The notes below the pieces were generated by a model. That model did not search any database and was not told where the DNA came from. It saw nothing but the letters and a program-made list of their open reading frames with translations. Positions 23,001 to 34,745 of a stretch of 64,000 nucleotides of DNA are shown piece after piece (the stretch's first letter is position 1; each line of letters begins with the position of its first letter). The translations under genes were made by a program, and so were the position numbers. The stretch is from Cetorhinus maximus (taxonomy: Eukaryota): assembly GCF_964194155.1 (NCBI RefSeq), contig NC_135907.1, positions 19,778,001 to 19,842,000 of the forward strand, written 5' to 3'.

Positions 23001-26000
23001 GTCACCGTTTAAAAATAAGGGGTCACTCGTTTAAGACAGAGACGAGGAGAAATTTTTTTCTCTCAGAGGGTTGAGAGTTTTTGGAACTCTCGTCCTCAAA
23101 AGGCGGTGGAAGCAGAGTCTTTGAATATTTTTAAGGCAGAGCGAGATAGATTCTTGATTAACAAGGGGGGTGAAAGGTGATCAGGAATGTGGGGGTGAGG
23201 TGACAATCAGATCAGCCATGATCTTACTGAATGGCGGAGCAGGCTCGAGGGGCCAAGTGGCCGACTCCTGTTCCTAATTCGTATGTTCGATACCGGGAGG
23301 AATGTGAGGTGGGAATAATAAGGAGTGAGGGGAACGTGTGGGCTGGGGGAGTAACTTGTTCTTTCCAATGACGGTGCACTGCAAATAATAAAAAAGTCCT
23401 TCCTCTGCACTGTGTGACAGTCCTCCTTCTCCGGCTCCCAGCCCTACAGTGGGGAACTCTCTAGAAAAGAGGGAAGATGGGGTGGGGTAGCTAGTGCTTT
23501 CAGCCTGTGTGGCTTTGACGAAGGGAGTCTTAAACTCGGTCACCAACTCTGGCTGCGCACCTTCCTGGAGGTTTCATCGCATGACCAGCAGCCTCCAACA
23601 GCCCCACACCACCCCCCACACCCCGCCCCCTCACTACTCCCTCACACCCACCCCCTCAAACGCAACCGCCCCCCACCCCACCCCCCAGCATTTTTTTAAC
23701 AGTCCCCCGTGATTTTTCTTTTTTCTGGGTGTTATTCAGATGGCAGTGCCCCGGAGATGAATCTTTAATTCCTAGACACGCCAGATCAAAACTTTGAGGG
23801 GTTGGCAACCCAAGCAGTGAAGCCTGAACGAACAGGCCCGATTTTGTAACCCAACCGCCTCTTTTACCTGGGTCGCTGTTGTACAGCCTTTGGTGTGAGA
23901 AGGGGTCATCCTTTTGAGTCCTGTTGTAAATCAAGTAGACCAGCCCAAACACCAGCAGCAGGACAACCGCTAAGCCAACAAAGAGCCCCAGTGTTTTCCC
24001 GGACTGTCTCTTCTTCTCTGCCTCGGGATTGTTCTGACCTGAAACCAGAGACACAATGTCAGTCAGCTCCTCTGGACAATGTCCCACCGTTCATCCTCCA
24101 TAAGCTTAAGCTCATAGAGTTATAGAGTCATTAAGGCACGGAAGGAGGCCATTTGGCCCATCGAGTCCATGCCAGCTCCCCGTGGAGCACCCCAGTCAGT
24201 CCCACTCTCCTGCTCAGTCCCCATAGCCCGGCAAGTTTATTTCCCTCAAGTGCTCATCCAATTTCCTTTCAAAATCATTCATCGTCATCAGCTTCCATCA
24301 TCCTTGTGGGCAGCGAGTTCCAGCAGTCACTACCACTCACTGCATAAAAAAAAGGTTCTTCCTCACGTTCCCCCCCTACATCTCTTGCCCAATAAACCTT
24401 AAATCTGTGTCTTCTGGGACCTTGTTCCTCCACGACTCTGTTGGCCAAATCGCGCCAAGTCCCATTCGCCCATCACCCCAATCTATGCACGTGACCTGCA
24501 TTGGTTCGCAGTCCAGCATCGCCTCAATTTTAAATCCTTGTTTTCAAATTCCTCCATGGGCCTCACCTGCACCGCCATTCTCCCTGGGAGCAGGAACCCT
24601 CCGAGATCCCCAGGCTCCTCCGATCCCAGCTCCTTGAGCATACCCAGTTTTAACTGCTGCACCAGTGACGATGACCATGCCTCCAGGTGCCTGAGCTCCA
24701 AACTCTGGGATTCCTTCATGAAACACCAACTGTCCCCGTGATTTTTCTTTCTTTCTGGGTGTTTGCCATGATGTCGGTGCCCTGCAGATTAATCTTTAAT
24801 TCCTAGACGCTCCAGATCAAAGCTTTGAGGGGTTGGCAACCCGAGCAGTGAAGCCTGAATGAACAGGCCCGATCCACCCCTCTCTCCTCCTTTAAAACCC
24901 TCCTTAAAACCGGCATCTTGGACTCAGCTTTTGTTCACCCCTCCGAATACTTGCTCTCTTTGTGGCTCGGAGTTACATTTTATTTTGATAATGATCCTAA
25001 GGTTGCCTTTCTACACTGAGGGCTCTGTGTACATGCAAGTTGTTGTACTTCCTGTTTTCATGTGTCCCCATTGGACAGCAAGTTAGTCCAGTAATAGCTG
25101 GTGATGTGGAGGCTCTGCTTCACCCCACCCTTACGTTCCTCCCACGTCTTGAGTTCCTGCATGCTAGACCTCTGTCTTATTTCTCTTTGCCCTTCCACAC
25201 GCCCCCATCTCATTTTCACTTTGCTTGTTCTGGCGGGGCACAATTCCATTGGCATGATTAGCACCCCTCCCCCACACCCTGACCTCCAATCCCTTCAAAG
25301 TGGAACCTCCTACCCACCACACCACCTCCCCACCCCCCCCAACCTCCTCCCACACTTGGCAGAGGCTGAGAGATAATGTTAGCAGCTCATTCAACCAGAG
25401 AGTCCATAGCTGAACCCAAATCTCCCCTCACCCGACATTGACACAGCCTAGAAGAGAGAAATGCCCAAGAACTGCAATTGGCATTGGGGCCTGGTATCTG
25501 GAGATCATGGAACATAATTTTTACAAGAAGTTGTGTAAGTGTTAGAAATGACTTCATATAAAAGGGTAAGGGACAGAGAAATAGGGTTAGTTTAAAAAAA
25601 ACATTTTTCTATTTCTATAGCATCTTTTTATATACAGAACATCCCAAAGTACTTTACAACACAAGCCATTTGGCCCAATTGGTCCATGTTTATGTTCCAC
25701 TTGAACATCCTACCCCCTCTTCATTCACCCTATCAGTATATCCCTCTATTTTTTTTCTCGGCCTCGTTTACTTATCTAGCTTCCTCTTAAATGTAACTAC
25801 ACTATTCTCCTCAACCACTCCCTGTGGTAGCGAGTTCCACCTTCTCATCGTTGTCCGGCTAACCAACTTTCTCCTGAATTTTCTAGGAACATAGGACTTA
25901 GAAGAAGGGGTAGGTCATTCAGCCCTTTGAACCCGCTCCACCATCCAATAAGATCATGGCTGATCTGGTTGTGGCCTCAACTCCACTCTCCTGTCTGTCC

Positions 26001-28074
26001 CCCTTGACCCTTGACTGTCAACAACCTGACTAACTCAGCCTTGAGTAAATTCAATGACCTCCGCTGCTTTCTAGGGAACAGAATTCCACAGATTAACAAC
26101 CCTCAGAGAGAAAATACTTCTCCTCATCTCCGTCTGAATCGATAATTTAGTTTCCTATTGGATTTACTAGTGACCGTCTTATATTGTGGACCCATTAATA
26201 CCCAGCTCAGCTGAGATCAAGCGTCTTCTTAAATCCAGTCGCGGTGCCACATTCTCAGCATTCCCTGATTTACCTCTTTTCTGTAATGTCCTGTGATCAG
26301 GTCACAGCCTTATCCCTTCAGTGTCTGATGCATCTTACAATGATTGACTTTCACAACTGCCGCATGATCCTTATGATGTGACAATGCTCCCCCATTTCTG
26401 CATCACAGGAGTGTCTCTGTGACATAATAGGAGCAATCTAAAAGGGCCAGATCCTCTGATTCAACATCAAATCAAAGTCCATACCCTCTCCCAGGGTGAT
26501 TGTGAGGATTTGCTGGTGGCTGGCGGGGAGGGTGGATTTAAAATCGACCAAAAATTACAGCTCATCCTGTTGAGTCGGGACATTATCATCCCTCTGCCCA
26601 GCTGGCTCACTCACTTGCAGTCCCGCTCAAATCACAGACTTAACCCTGGAGACTACCAGGACCAGTCTCTCGCTGACCGACGTAGAGATACGGGGCAAAA
26701 GGCATCCCTTAAGGGTGACAAACAGTCAAACTAAGGGAGGATACCTTAAAATAAGGGACTCATCGCCCCACAAACAGACCCAATGTTGCTTGAGGGGAGC
26801 ACAGGCCAGAGAATCAGACTACGGGAGATAGTGAAATAAAAGCAAAATTCTGCAGATGCTCGAGATTGGAAATAAAAAAGGAAAATGCTGGAAATACTCA
26901 GCAGGTTCGGCAGCATCTGTGGAGGGAGAAGCAGAGTTAACATTTCGAGCCCAATATGACTCTTCTTCAGAACCCAAAGGGAAACAAGAGCCAATCAGGC
27001 TCAAAATGTTGAACCTGTTTGTCTCCCCACAGAAGCTGCCAGATCTGCTTAGTTTTTCCAGAGCTTTCTGCTTTTATTTGCGAGAGATCTCCCCCTGCTC
27101 CTGGCTCACCTCCTATACCACACAGAATTTATACCAGCCGGTAGCATCATCATAGTTAGCTACAGAAAGCTGTGGTGTAAATTCTAGGCTGCTCCTCTGT
27201 GTGCCGTATGGGGAGTGCTGCACTGTCAGAGGTGCTGTCTTTTGGATGAGATGTTAAACTGGGGCCATGTCTGCCCTCTCCGATGAATGGAAAAGATCAT
27301 AGTGCCAGTTGAAATGAGGGCAGGGAGCCTTCCCCCCAGTGTCTTGGCCCATATTAATCCCAAAACTGACATCACTGGCCATTGCTGCTTGTGGGAGCTT
27401 GCTGTGCGCAAATTGGCTGCCACACTTCCTACATGACAACAATGACCGCACTCCATTGGCTCTAAAAACGCTATGGGACGTCTTTGTATGGTAGAAGGCG
27501 CTATAAAAATGCAATTTCTTTAGTTTCCTATTTAACTTAAAACAATGGCAGCCGAACCGAAATGGTTTCATTTACCTGGAGCGATGGGGGGTTCACAAGA
27601 GACGTGTTCCATTTCCCGGGCGGTACTCGCAGGCGTTCCTGTCAGCGTGGTTGAGGGGACTCCGGGTTCCCCCGACGGAGAGGCAGGCGGCGGGGTGTCC
27701 TCGGGTCCATGAGGGGCCACGGTAGGCCGAGGCTCAGCGGTCGGACTCCCCGGCTGCGCGGCGGCGTTCCCCGTCCCAATCTCGGGAGCTTCGGTTCGCC
27801 CCGCCGGGAGGGGGTTGCCGTCGGGTGGCGTCTCGCTCTGGGCGGCCGGGGAGCTGCCGAGAGAAACGGTGGCGTTGGCCGGGCCGGCCTCGCTTTGGTC
27901 CGGCGTCGTGCTTCTGTTGTCCGGGGAGCTGGACGACGCTCTTACGGTGGAATGGACAGTGGCGTTGGCGGTGAAGAACATTGTGAGGGTGGAGTAATCC
28001 GGTGACTGGGCCACGGATGCCGAGTGAAGGCTGCACAGGAGCATAACGGAGAGCGAATGCACCAAAGGACTCAT
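20029..28074 (-). CDS. MUC15-like type I membrane mucin, 294 aa; coding exons 28074-27576, 24038-23868, 20243-20029
   Basis: Exon 1: good Kozak (gccATG), signal peptide MSPLVHSLSVMLLCSLHSASVA, S/T/P-rich ectodomain with NAT/NRS sequons. Exon 2: TM helix TLGLFVGLAVVLLLVFGLVYLIY. GT-AG phase-1 junctions join in frame (499+171+215=885 nt) giving tail DDPFSHQRLYNSDPVLSLDVSVEP...RDEIQL, which resembles MUC15 (DSFSHRRLYDDRNEPVLRLDNAPEP...RDGIPM). AATAAA (minus) at 19983-19988; 5'UTR acceptor at 28127-28128. Confidence 0.8.
20905..21750 (+). mobile_element. 3' fragment of the same APE-RT LINE family
   Basis: MQQDLDNIQAWANKWQVTF...PTINILGVTTDQKLNW and the shared 3' tail. Confidence 0.9.
22350..23290 (+). 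mobile_element. CR1 LINE 3' fragment
   Basis: Degraded RT C-terminus (LQSDI..WAKIWQ, GIDYKSREVMLQLYRVLVRPHLDY, RRVRGDLFETFKILRGLDRVD) and typical shark CR1 tail atcagccatgatcttactgaatggcggagcaggctcgagggg. Confidence 0.9.
23702..24873. repeat. ~141-bp direct repeat pair (23702-23842 and 24732-24873) bracketing the TM exon
   Basis: gtccccgtgatttttctt...ttaattcctagac.c.ccagatcaaa.ctttgaggggttggcaaccc.agcagtgaagcctgaa.gaacaggcccgat present twice in the same orientation. Confidence 0.9.
26832..27080. mobile_element. Inverted pair of Penelope-like terminal fragments
   Basis: aaaatgctggaaatactcagcagg..gcagcatctgtggag..gttaacatttcgag followed by its diverged reverse complement. Confidence 0.75.
26934..26975 (-). 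ncRNA. Minimal type I hammerhead ribozyme motif (Penelope-associated)
   Basis: Minus strand GGGUU-CUGAAGA-A-GAGUC-AUAUUG-GGCUC-GAAA-UG-UU-AACUC: stem I, CUGAnGA core, stem II, GAAA, minimal stem III. Confidence 0.6.
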
Positions 28075-29654
28075 GGCGTCGTCGCTATTCCTCGGTCCCT
28101 AACCTCTGGTTCCTTGCCTTGAGAGACTAAGGTGAAGAAAGACAAGACAGAACAATCGCCTGCCTGATTATCTTAATGGAATACTCCATACTGCAATTCT
28201 AACCTCCTATCTGAGCCATTCTTACTGATAGGTCCCACGACCGATAGCTAAAGGCCGAAAGACAGGACTGGCATTTCTATAGCGCCTCAGGATATCTCAT
28301 AACATTCTACAGCCAATGGCATTGCTTTTGCAGTGTTGGTCACTAGGAAACACGCGAGCCAATTTGTGCACAGCAAGCTCCCACAATCAGTGGATCTGAC
28401 CAGTTAGTCCATTTTTAGCGATGTTGGTTGAGGGGTTAACTGTGGGCCCCAGGACACCGGTGGGAGAACTCCCCTGCTCTTGTTCCAAATACTAGAGGTT
28501 GCACCGCTCCTGTTCCCCTGTCTGGGCAGACGGGGCCTCAGTTTAAAGGTCTCATCCGAAAGCCAGCACCTCCGACAATGCAGCACTCCCTCTATACTAT
28601 TTCCCGGTGGGCCAAGTGCCCATCTCATTTTGAAATCACCGGTTGCCTCTGCTTCCATCACCATCGTGGACAGCGAGTTCCAGGGTCATTGCCACTTGCT
28701 GAGTAAAAATGTTCTTCCTCACATTCCCCTCCACCCCCTCAACCCCACACAACTGCATCGCTTGCTCCAAACCTTAAAACACCGTCCCCAGTCCTTGTAG
28801 TGGGAACACTTTTCTCTTTGTCGACCTGATCTAAACCTGGCACAATCTTGCATACCTCTCTTAAATCTCCTCTCAGCCTCCGTCGCTCCAGGGTGAACAG
28901 CCCCAGTTTCTGCAACCCGACCCGTGTACCTGTTTCGATCTGAGAATGCACGAAATCAGTTTCCTCAGCAAAAAGCCTTACTTACTTACACTGTGGGGCG
29001 TGGAATCACCCCCACCGTGAAGCCCAGGTATCGTTTGGTGGATGAAGACTCAGGCGATGGACACTTGCTGCTTCTACAGGTGTCTCAGGCCCCTCCCCGA
29101 TATTCTGAGCAGGTATGACATCATTTCGAAGCTGACATCTCGCCGCTGAACGAGGAATGGGGGAGGGAGCCATGCGAGAACAAGGACGTGCAAAGCAAGA
29201 AAAATTCGGAGCAGGCGAATCAATGTGGTGGGGCTTTCGGACAGCTGGCCCACTCCTTAACAAACTACATGTTTAAAGAGTTGAGTTAAAATCTCGTCTT
29301 TTTTTATTCGGCTGGCTAATTAAAAAGAAACTGAGCAGGTGGCAGGAGAGGTAGCAGGTTCACAGGAGACTTCCTGCTGAAGTTGTTGACATTGTACAAG
29401 CACACTTTGCGTAGAATCCCTTCGGACATGAACGATTTTCAGTCCATTAACCCCTAGTACAATTCAATCGAAGTCCCAGAGGCTCAAAGCCACGGTAGCA
29501 TCGGATATCCTGTTGCTTTTGAGTTGAATGCAGCCCATTCTCTCCGCCAGGCTTACTATATCTTAATTTAGTTTCATCTTTAATTAAAAATAGGATTTTA
29601 AATGATATCTAAATCGCTGTTGGAACATAATAAAAAGAAGGATTAAAATATGAC

Positions 29655-30080
29655 TTGTATTCCATCAGTGTCTTTCACAACCTCAGGATGTCCTGAAGAA
29701 GCATTTTGCACCCAATGAAGTATTTTAGAAGTGTATTCACTGTTGTAATGTAGCAGACCCAGTCGCTGATCTGTGCACAGAAAGATCCCACGAACATGGT
29801 GATACTGTCCAAGACAACCTGTTCTAGTAGTGTTGGGCAGAGGAATAAATATCGCACAGGACCACTGGAGAGAACTACCCTGCTCTTCTTCGAAATGGTA
29901 GCCGTGGGATCTTGGATGTCCACCTGAGAGGGCAGACGGGGCCTCGGTTTAGCATCTCCATCCAAAAGGTGGCACCTCCAACCGTGTGGCAATCCTCAGT
30001 ATTGGCACCAGAGTGTCAGCTAGATTTTGTGTTCAAGTCTCCGGAGTGGGGACTTGACTCAGAGGCAAGAGTGAGACTGA
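29655..30080 (-). mobile_element. DeuSINE (SacSINE1-like)
   Basis: Same core (gtccacctgagagggcagacggggcctcggttt..catctcatccaaaagg) on minus strand. Confidence 0.75.
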
Positions 30081-30187
30081 GGCACGGGCTGACACTCAAA
30101 TTATGTAGAACTCACTGTAGGAAACATTGGGCAGTCAAACCCCTTTACCCCCATTGACTCTTAAATGCCTCTTAAAATGACTCTTAA

Positions 30188-33100
30188 ATGTGGTTGACTC
30201 TTAAATTCCCTCTGAAATGGCCTAGCAGGCCACTCAGTTGTAACAAACTGCTACAAAGTCCCAAAAAATGGAATCAAACCAAATGGGCCACCCGGCACCA
30301 ACCTAGACACCGGAAACAACAACGGCAAACTCAGCCCTGTCAACCCTGCAGAGTCCTCCCTACTAACATCTGGAGGCTAGTCCCAAAATTGGGAGGGCTG
30401 TCTCACAGACTAGTCAAGCAACAGCCTAACATAGTCATCCTCACGGAATCAAACCTTACAGATCATGTCCCAGACATCCCACCATCACCATCTTCTGTCC
30501 CACTGGCAGGACAGACCCAGCAGAGGTGGTGGCACAGTGGTATACAGTCGGGAGGGAGTTACCCTTGGAATCCTCAACATCAACTCTGGACCCCATGCAG
30601 TCTCATGGCATCAGGTCAAACATGGGCAAGGAAACCTCCTGCTGATTACCACGTACTGCCCTCCCTCAGCTGATGAATCAGTGCTCCTCCATGTTGAACA
30701 CCACTTGGAGGAAGCACTGAGGGTGGCAAGGACACAGAATGCACTGAAAGGGGGAACTTCAATGTCCATCACCAAGAGTGACTCGGTAGTACCACTACTG
30801 ACAGAGATGGCCTAAGGGACATAGCTGCTAGGCTGGGTCTGCGGCAGGTGCTGAGGGAACCAACGAGAGGGAAAAACATACTTGACCTCATCCTCACCAA
30901 CCTGCCTGCTGCAGATGCATCTGTCCATGACAGTATCAGTAGGAGTGACCACCGCACAGTTGTTGTGGAGATGAAGTCCCGCCTTCACATTGAGGATACC
31001 CTCCATCGTGTTGTGTGGCACTAGCACAGTGCTAAATGGGATAGATTTCGAACAGATCTAGCAACTCAAGGCTGGGCATCCATGAGGTGCCGTGGGCCAT
31101 TAGCAGCAGCAGAATTGTACTCGAGCACAATCTGTAACCTCATTGGCCTGGCATATCCCCCACTCTACCATTACCATCAAGCCAGGGGATCAACCCTGGT
31201 TCAATGAAGAGTACAGGAGGGCATGCCAGGAGCAGCACCAGGCATACCTAAAAATGAGGTGTCGACCTGGTGAAGCTATAACACAGGACTACTTGCGTGT
31301 CAAACAGCATAAGCAGCAAGTGATAGACAGAGCTAAGCGATCCCACAACCAATGGATCAGACCTAAGCTCTGCATTCCTGCCACATCCAGTTGTGAATGG
31401 TGGTGGACAATTAAACAACTCAGTGGAGGAGGCTCCACAAATATCCCCATCCTCACTGGTGGAGGAGCCCAGCACATCAGTGCAAAAGATAAAGCTGAAG
31501 CATTTGCAACAATCTTCAGCCAGAAGTGCCGAGTGGATAATCCATCTCGGCCTCCTCTGGAGGTCCCCAGCATCACAGATGCCAGTCTTCAGCCAATTCA
31601 ATTCACTTCATGTGATATCAAGAAACAGCTGAATTCATTGCATAGTGCAAAGGCAATGGGCCCTTCCAGCAATAGTACTGAAGACTTGTGCTCCAGAACT
31701 TGCCGCGCCCATAACCAAGCTGTTCCAGTACAGCTACAACATTGGTATCTACCCAGCTATGTGGAAAATCGCTTGGGTATGTCCTGTACACAAAAAGCAG
31801 GACAAATCCAACTCGGCCTATTACCGCCCATCAGACTACTCTCGATCATCAATAAAGTAATGGAAGGGGGTCATCAACAGTGCTATCAAGCGGCACCTGC
31901 TTAGCAATAACCTGCTTTCTGATACCCAGTTTGGGTTCCACCAGGGCCACTCAGCTCCTGACCTCATTACAGCCTTGGTTCAAACATGGACAAAAGAGCT
32001 GAACTCCTGAGGTGAAATGAGAGTCACTTCCCTTGATATCAAGGCCACATTTGACCGAGAGTGGCATCAAGGAGCCCTAACAAAAGTGGAGTCAATGGGA
32101 ATCAGGGGAAAACTCTCCACTGGTTGGAGTCATACCTAGCACAAAGGAAGATGATTGTGGTTGTTGGAGGTCAGTCATCTCAACTCCAGGACATCACTGC
32201 AGGAGTTCCTCAGGGTAGTATCCTCGGTCCAGTCATCTTAACCTGCTTCATCAATGACGCTTCCTTCCATCATAAGGTCAGAAGTGGGGATGCTCGCTGA
32301 TGATTGCACAATGTTCAGCATCATTTGCAACTCCTCAGATACTGAAGCAGTTCATGTGCAAATGCAACAAGACCTGGACAATATCCAAACTTGGGCTGAC
32401 AAGTGACAAGTAACATTTGTGCCAAACAAGTGCCAGGCAATCCTTATCTCCAACAAGAGAGAATCTAACCATCGCCCCTTGAAGTTCAATGGCACTACCA
32501 TCACTGAATCCCCCACTATCAACATTCTGGGGGTTACCATTGACCAGAAGCTGAACTGGACTAACTACATAAATACTGTGCAAAAACAAAAATACCTGGA
32601 AAAACTCAGCAGGTCTGGCAGCATCTGCGGAGAGGAACACAGTTGACATTTCGACTCAGAATGACCCTTCAACAGAACTAAGTAAAAATAGAAGAGAGGT
32701 GAAATATAAGCTGGTTTAAGGGGGGGTGGGACAAGTTGTCCCACCCCCCCTTAAACCAGCTTATATTTCACCTCTCTTCTATTTTTACTTAGTTCTGTTG
32801 AAGGGTCATTCGGACTTGAAACGTTAACTGTGTTCCTCTCCGCAGATGCTGCCAGACCTGCTGAGTTTTTCCAGGTATTTTTGTTTTTGTTTTGAATTTC
32901 CAGCATCCGCAGTTTTTTGCTTTTATCTTAGCATATAAATACTGTGGTTACAAGAGAAGGTCAGAGGCTAGGAATCCTGCAACGAGTAACTCACCTCCTG
33001 ATTCCCCAAAGCCTGTCAGCCATCTGCAAGGCATAAGGCACAAGTCAGGAGTGTGATGGAATACTCCCCACTTGCCTGGATGAGTGAAGCTCCTACACCA

Positions 33101-33560
33101 CTCAAGAGGCTTGACACCATCCAGGACAAAGCAGCCCCGCTTGATTGGCACCACATCCACAAACATTCACTCCCTCCACCACTGACACAGAGCAGCAGCA
33201 GTGTGTACCATCTACAAGATGCACTGCAGGAATTCATCAAGGCTCCTTCGACAGCACCTTCCAAACCCATGACCACTACCATCTAGAAGGACAAGGGCAG
33301 CAGATAGGTGGGAATGCCACCACCTGGAAGCTCCCCTCCAAGTCACTCACCATCCTGACTTGGAAATATATCGCCGTTCCTTCACTGTCGCTGGGTCAAA
33401 ATCCTGGAACTCCCTCCCTAACAGCGCTGTGGGTGTACCTACACCACATGGACTGCGGTGGTTCAAGGAAGCAGCTCAACACCACCTTCTCAAGGGCAAC
33501 TAGTGATGCAAAATATGCTGGCCCAGCCAGTGAAGCCCAGATCCCATGAAAGAATAATCT
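30188..33560 (+). mobile_element. Near full-length degraded APE-RT non-LTR retrotransposon (CR1/L2-related group), interrupted at 32581-32934
   Basis: Frameshifted fragments: endonuclease (PNIVILTES, LDLILTN, SDH), RT (YRPI/S, GVPQGSILGP, ADD), C-terminal PTINILGVTIDQKLNW; 3' tail caagggcaac..aaatatgctggcccagccag..cccatgaaagaata. Confidence 0.9.
32581..32934. mobile_element. Foldback (inverted) Penelope-like terminal element with hammerhead-like motifs, flanked by 12-bp TSD
   Basis: 154-bp arms symmetric about 32735 (32581-32889); ataaatactgtg duplicated at 32569-32580 and 32935-32946. Confidence 0.8.
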
Positions 33561-34349
33561 TTTTTTATTGTCCTGTCCTGGCGCCTGTAGCTGAAAAGGC
33601 TGTACCCAGCCACCAGGAGGCAGCAGCCTCTGCCCTGACTAGACCCATTCTTGCTCTGAAGCTGAGGAAAGCGAGACTCCATTCTATGCCCACCTATACC
33701 CCCATCACAACCCTTAAAAGACAAGCGTCTGGCTATCAATCTCCAGCAATGCCTCGCGGAGGAACTGCAGGGAACAAGAGGCCGGAAGGGATCACAGATT
33801 GGCCTGCAGCTCCATTCCCTACATCAAATCCCAACACTGAGGCACAACAGTCACCATGGCAACACCACCCCCGGAGACGCCTGATGGAGGCTTGTTTGTG
33901 CAGCTGGGTCATGTGACTAATCTGGTGTAATATCCTGGGTTTTAACAGCATTAACTCTTTAAGACCCGGATTTATCCCATTCACAGTTACTGAATAGTAG
34001 GAATTTATCAACCTCTTGTTTGACTTAAAACTTTAATGGATTAAAGGTGCCCGGGCCTCAATTACATCAAGGGGAATGTAGGTAATGAGATTTCCAACAG
34101 TTGCTTGAGAGGACAGAACTTGAATATCGCTGAAAAGAGAGACATGTTGCTGAAGCTTTTCATCTTGCACCCATCAGGACAAATGCAAGAATGCCAAATT
34201 TCAAACGATCACAACAATTTATACTACAGTGGAAAAGGGTGCTGATTGGTCATAATGAGACTTACAATGTTAGACTGTAAGACTGAGGCAGATTGTAGAT
34301 TCGCTTTATTTTTAAGAGTGAGATGCAGCAAATTTTGCAATAGGAGAGA

Positions 34350-34745
34350 TAATGGTGTAGTGGTAATGTTGCTGGACTAGTAATCCAGTAAATCTAGGCT
34401 AATGGTCTGGGCACAGGGTTCAAATCCCACTACAACAGCTACTGGAATCTGAATTCAATTAATAAATCTGGAATATTTATTATCTGGAATAGTTTCAATA
34501 ATGGTGGCCATGACAACTATCATCAATTGTTGGAAAAACTCATCTACTTCACTATGTCCTTTAGGGAAGCAAATCTGCTGTCCTTACCCAGTCTGGCCTA
34601 CATGTGACTCCAGACCCACAGCAATGTTTTAACTGCCCTCTGCAATGACCTAGCAAGTCACTCAGTTCAAGGGCAGTTAGGGATGGGCAACAAATGCTGG
34701 CCTTGCCAGCGATGCCCACATCCCAAGAAAGAATAAAGGAGAAAA
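34350..34745 (+). mobile_element. tRNA-headed SINE sharing 5' and 3' segments with the 30.2-33.5 kb LINE
   Basis: A-box tggtgtagtgg, B-box ggttcaaatcc, core tttagggaag.aaatctgc.gtccttacc..gtctggcctacatgtgactccagaccc, LINE-type tail. Other copies ~7990-8190, 14075-14360, 15695-16040, 17725-18080, and 46250-46550 (minus). Confidence 0.8.

Noticed and set aside
31143-31904. 253-aa ORF
   Set aside because: Frameshifted fragment of the degraded LINE, not a host gene.
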